From Macrostomum lignano (taxonomy: Eukaryota), in assembly GCA_002269645.1 (NCBI GenBank), contig NIVC01001896.1, positions 14,487 to 78,486 on the forward strand: a DNA stretch of 64,000 bases, in the 5' to 3' direction. Below are positions 61,801-64,000 of the stretch, piece after piece. The translations under genes and the position numbers were made by a program. The notes under the pieces were generated by a model. The model saw only the letters and a program-made list of their open reading frames with translations, was not told the origin of the DNA and did not search any database. Each line of letters begins with the position of its first letter. The first letter of the stretch is position 1.

Positions 61801-63381
61801 AGCAGAGTGCTCTTCAAGGTAGGAGTGATAGCGGTTCCAGTCGGCCTTTTTCCAGGCCCAGGAAAACCTGGGTTCTTTGGCCAGGGCCGGGCGGATACCA
61901 TGAATCGTGATGAGAATCGGCTTATGGTCAGAACCCAGCTCCGGCAGGACAGTCCAAGAGCACCGCCCAGCTAGGGATCTGCTGGCGAAAGAAATGTCCG
62001 GGGCGCTCTCCTGTCCTGACCGGCGGTCGACACAGGTGAGTGCCGTGGTTGAGGAAGCGGTAGTCGTTATTCTCGACCCAGTCAACTAGGCAGCCGGCTT
62101 CAGTAACGTCTTCTGGTCCTTGGCCGGGTTTGCTGCCCCATTTCTGGTGGTGCAGGTTAAAGTCTCCCACAATGAGCTCCGCATTGTGCGGGGTGAGCCA
62201 GGAGACCACACTAGGGTTGATTCTTCTGTCCACCGTGTTGGAGCGCCGCGTTGGTGGTCGGTAGACATTGGTCAGAACTATAGTCTCGTGGGCGGTGATG
62301 TGCAAGGCGATACGATGCCCTACCGTGATGCCACCGCCCCAGTACCGAAGCTTTCGGAAGGAGATAGATTGGCGCACGAAAACCAGCAGCCCTCCTCCTT
62401 TGGACTCGACTCCATTGCGGGAAATTTGCCGGTCTTTTCTGATGGTGGAAAAACCCGGAATCCTGGGGTTGGGATGCTGTTTTTTTCCAGCTTCGATTCC
62501 TGGACGGCGATAAGGTCAATAGAGAGCCGATTGGCTATTTCTTCAAGTTCTCCCAACTTATTGCGGATACCATCCGCGTTCCATTGGAGGAGCCTAATAC
62601 CAGGCTCCGACATGTCTTCGCTGGTGGTTTTGAAGTCCTGGCTGGGATCAGGTGAGCGCTGGTTCGGTTGCCCTTCCTCAGCCGGTCCGTTAAGGTGATG
62701 CAAGCAGGTTTCGCAGGTCCAGCGGCCCGTGGCGACGTCCCGTCGGATAGCCTCTATGGTCTGCTTGGTGCAAGCGTTATGGAACAGCCTCTCGCACACT
62801 TTGCACTCCGCAATAATGGCGGAGATGCGGACGGGCTTGTTGCAATCACCGCACTTTGGTTTTTCTCTTTGAATGAGCTGCATGAGTCTGGTACGGCGTT
62901 GAGTGGTCATGGGTTTGCCATCCACCTCCGGCGCGGCCGGGGGTGTGGTTCTGATTCTGTTGGGTGGAGCATGCCGTATCGTTCCGGTTGTCCTGGGAGC
63001 AAACAGTGCATTGCCAGGTCGTCCAGTCGGTGCGATCAGCCCTCCATCGCGTGAGACCCGATCAGGAGCTCTGCCGGTGAAAATGGCGCAGGCAATTAGA
63101 ACAGACCGCGGGGTTATTGCGAATCGAAGTGCCGCAGTTCGGGTGACCACAATCCGGTCCCGGGTTGGGTTCGACATCTCCGGCCATAAGGAGCAGCGCA
63201 AGGAGCTGGGGGGCCGGGCGCCCAACTCCGTAGGTCTTAGGCCTCAGTTCGTGCGCTCTCGTTCTACGTAGCCAAACTAGACCAGGTGGCGATCTGGTGT
63301 CCGAGTTTAGGCGCTCTTCGGGCTCCGCCAAAAAGGCGGGGCGACCCCTCCACGACGATGACGTGGCGCCTAGCAGGAGCC
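58866..63381 (-). mobile_element. Full-length but decayed Ingi/I-group-like non-LTR retrotransposon (2A - PHD - PHD - APE - RT - RNase H - CCHC)
   Basis: GDVEPNPGP, two PHD-like fingers, APE (LLQWNADG, AVQESKL, GDFNLHH, PDISF, GSDHKPI), RT (YRPVSLTS, QAGFQ, DCSKAFDTVWH, GVPQGAVCSPVLF, FADD, KYLG), RNase H (FTDGS, QAELSAL, TDSQS, WIPGHSGTPGNERAD) and CLRC..H..C. Stop at 58879 followed by a (CAA)n tail. At least 6 stops or frameshifts. Confidence 0.9.
63308..63381 (-). ncRNA. Candidate HDV-like self-cleaving ribozyme at the LINE 5' end
   Basis: Manual fold of the minus strand: P1 GGCUCCU/AGGGGUC, P2 UAGGCGC/GCGCCUA, P3 CAC/GUG, P4 GCCCCGCC/GGCGGAGC, J4/2 containing CGAA; 74 nt. Confidence 0.55.
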
Positions 63382-63421
63382 AACGGTGGTTGTCCGGTGG
63401 GCCAGAGGTAAACCGCGGCGG

Positions 63422-63741
63422 GTGTTGTTGTTGTTGCTGTTGTTGTTGTTGGTGTTGGTGTTGTTGTTGTTGTTGTTGTTGGTTTTGGTGTTGTTGTTGT
63501 TTTTGTTTTTGTTGGTGTTGTTGTTGTTTTCGTTGTTGTTGGTGTTGTTGTTGTTGTTTTTGTTGTTTTTGCTGTTGCAGTTACTGTGGTTGTTGTTGTT
63601 TTTGTTGTTGCTGTTGCTGTTATTATTGTTATTGTTGCTGTAGTAGTAGTAGTAGTTGTTGTTGTTGTTGTTGTTGTTGTTTTTGCTGTTGTTGGTGTTG
63701 CTGTTATTGTTGTTATTGTTGTGTGTTATTGTTGGTGTTGG

Positions 63742-63782
<41 letters not shown>

Positions 63783-63970
63783 TTGTTGTTGTTGGTGTTG
63801 TTGTTGTTTTCGTTGTTGTGTTTGTTGTTGTTGTTGTTGTTGTTGTTTTTGCCGTTGCAGTTACTGTGGTTGTCGTTGTTTTTGTTGTTGCTGTTGCTGT
63901 TATTGTTGTTATTGTTGCTGTAGTAGTTGTTGTTTGTTGTTGTTGTTGTTGTTGTTGTTGCTGTTGTTGA
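63422..63970. repeat. Imperfect (TTG)n/(CAA)n tract upstream of the LINE 5' end
   Basis: Direct reading; contains internal higher-order duplications. Confidence 0.95.
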
Positions 63971-64000
63971 TGCCAGCTCTGCCTTAATCAGCTACAAGCG

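Noticed and set aside
59062-63271. Plus-strand ORFs opposite the LINE
   Set aside because: Antisense shadows of GC-rich coding sequence.

Overview
Intron-rich metazoan genomic DNA. Its GC-rich poly-Q/poly-A exons and minisatellite-filled introns suggest a macrostomid flatworm such as Macrostomum; this is an inference. Six host genes can be rebuilt with phase-consistent GT-AG splicing: the 3' part of kanadaptin/SLC4A1AP (+), a 144-aa RING plus Sina-type zinc-finger gene (-), a 6-exon SoxD gene (-), COP-zeta (-), a 6-exon SPATA48-like gene (+) and a secreted fibrinogen-related protein (+). About 30 tandem arrays with 4-63 bp units fill introns and intergenic DNA, including a 2.66-kb (AGGGATCGGGATC)n array of G-quadruplex type. 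The right 15 kb is a transposon nest. It holds a P-superfamily element with 30-bp TIRs and an 8-bp TSD, broken by an 8-bp duplication, and a second, divergent P-like remnant whose THAP intron carries a 2.2-kb solo-LTR-like insertion. It also holds a decayed full-length Ingi-like LINE with a candidate HDV-like ribozyme, a 2A-like peptide, two PHD fingers, APE, RT and RNase H, lying between (CAA)n tracts. All calls come from reading the sequence; no database search was run.
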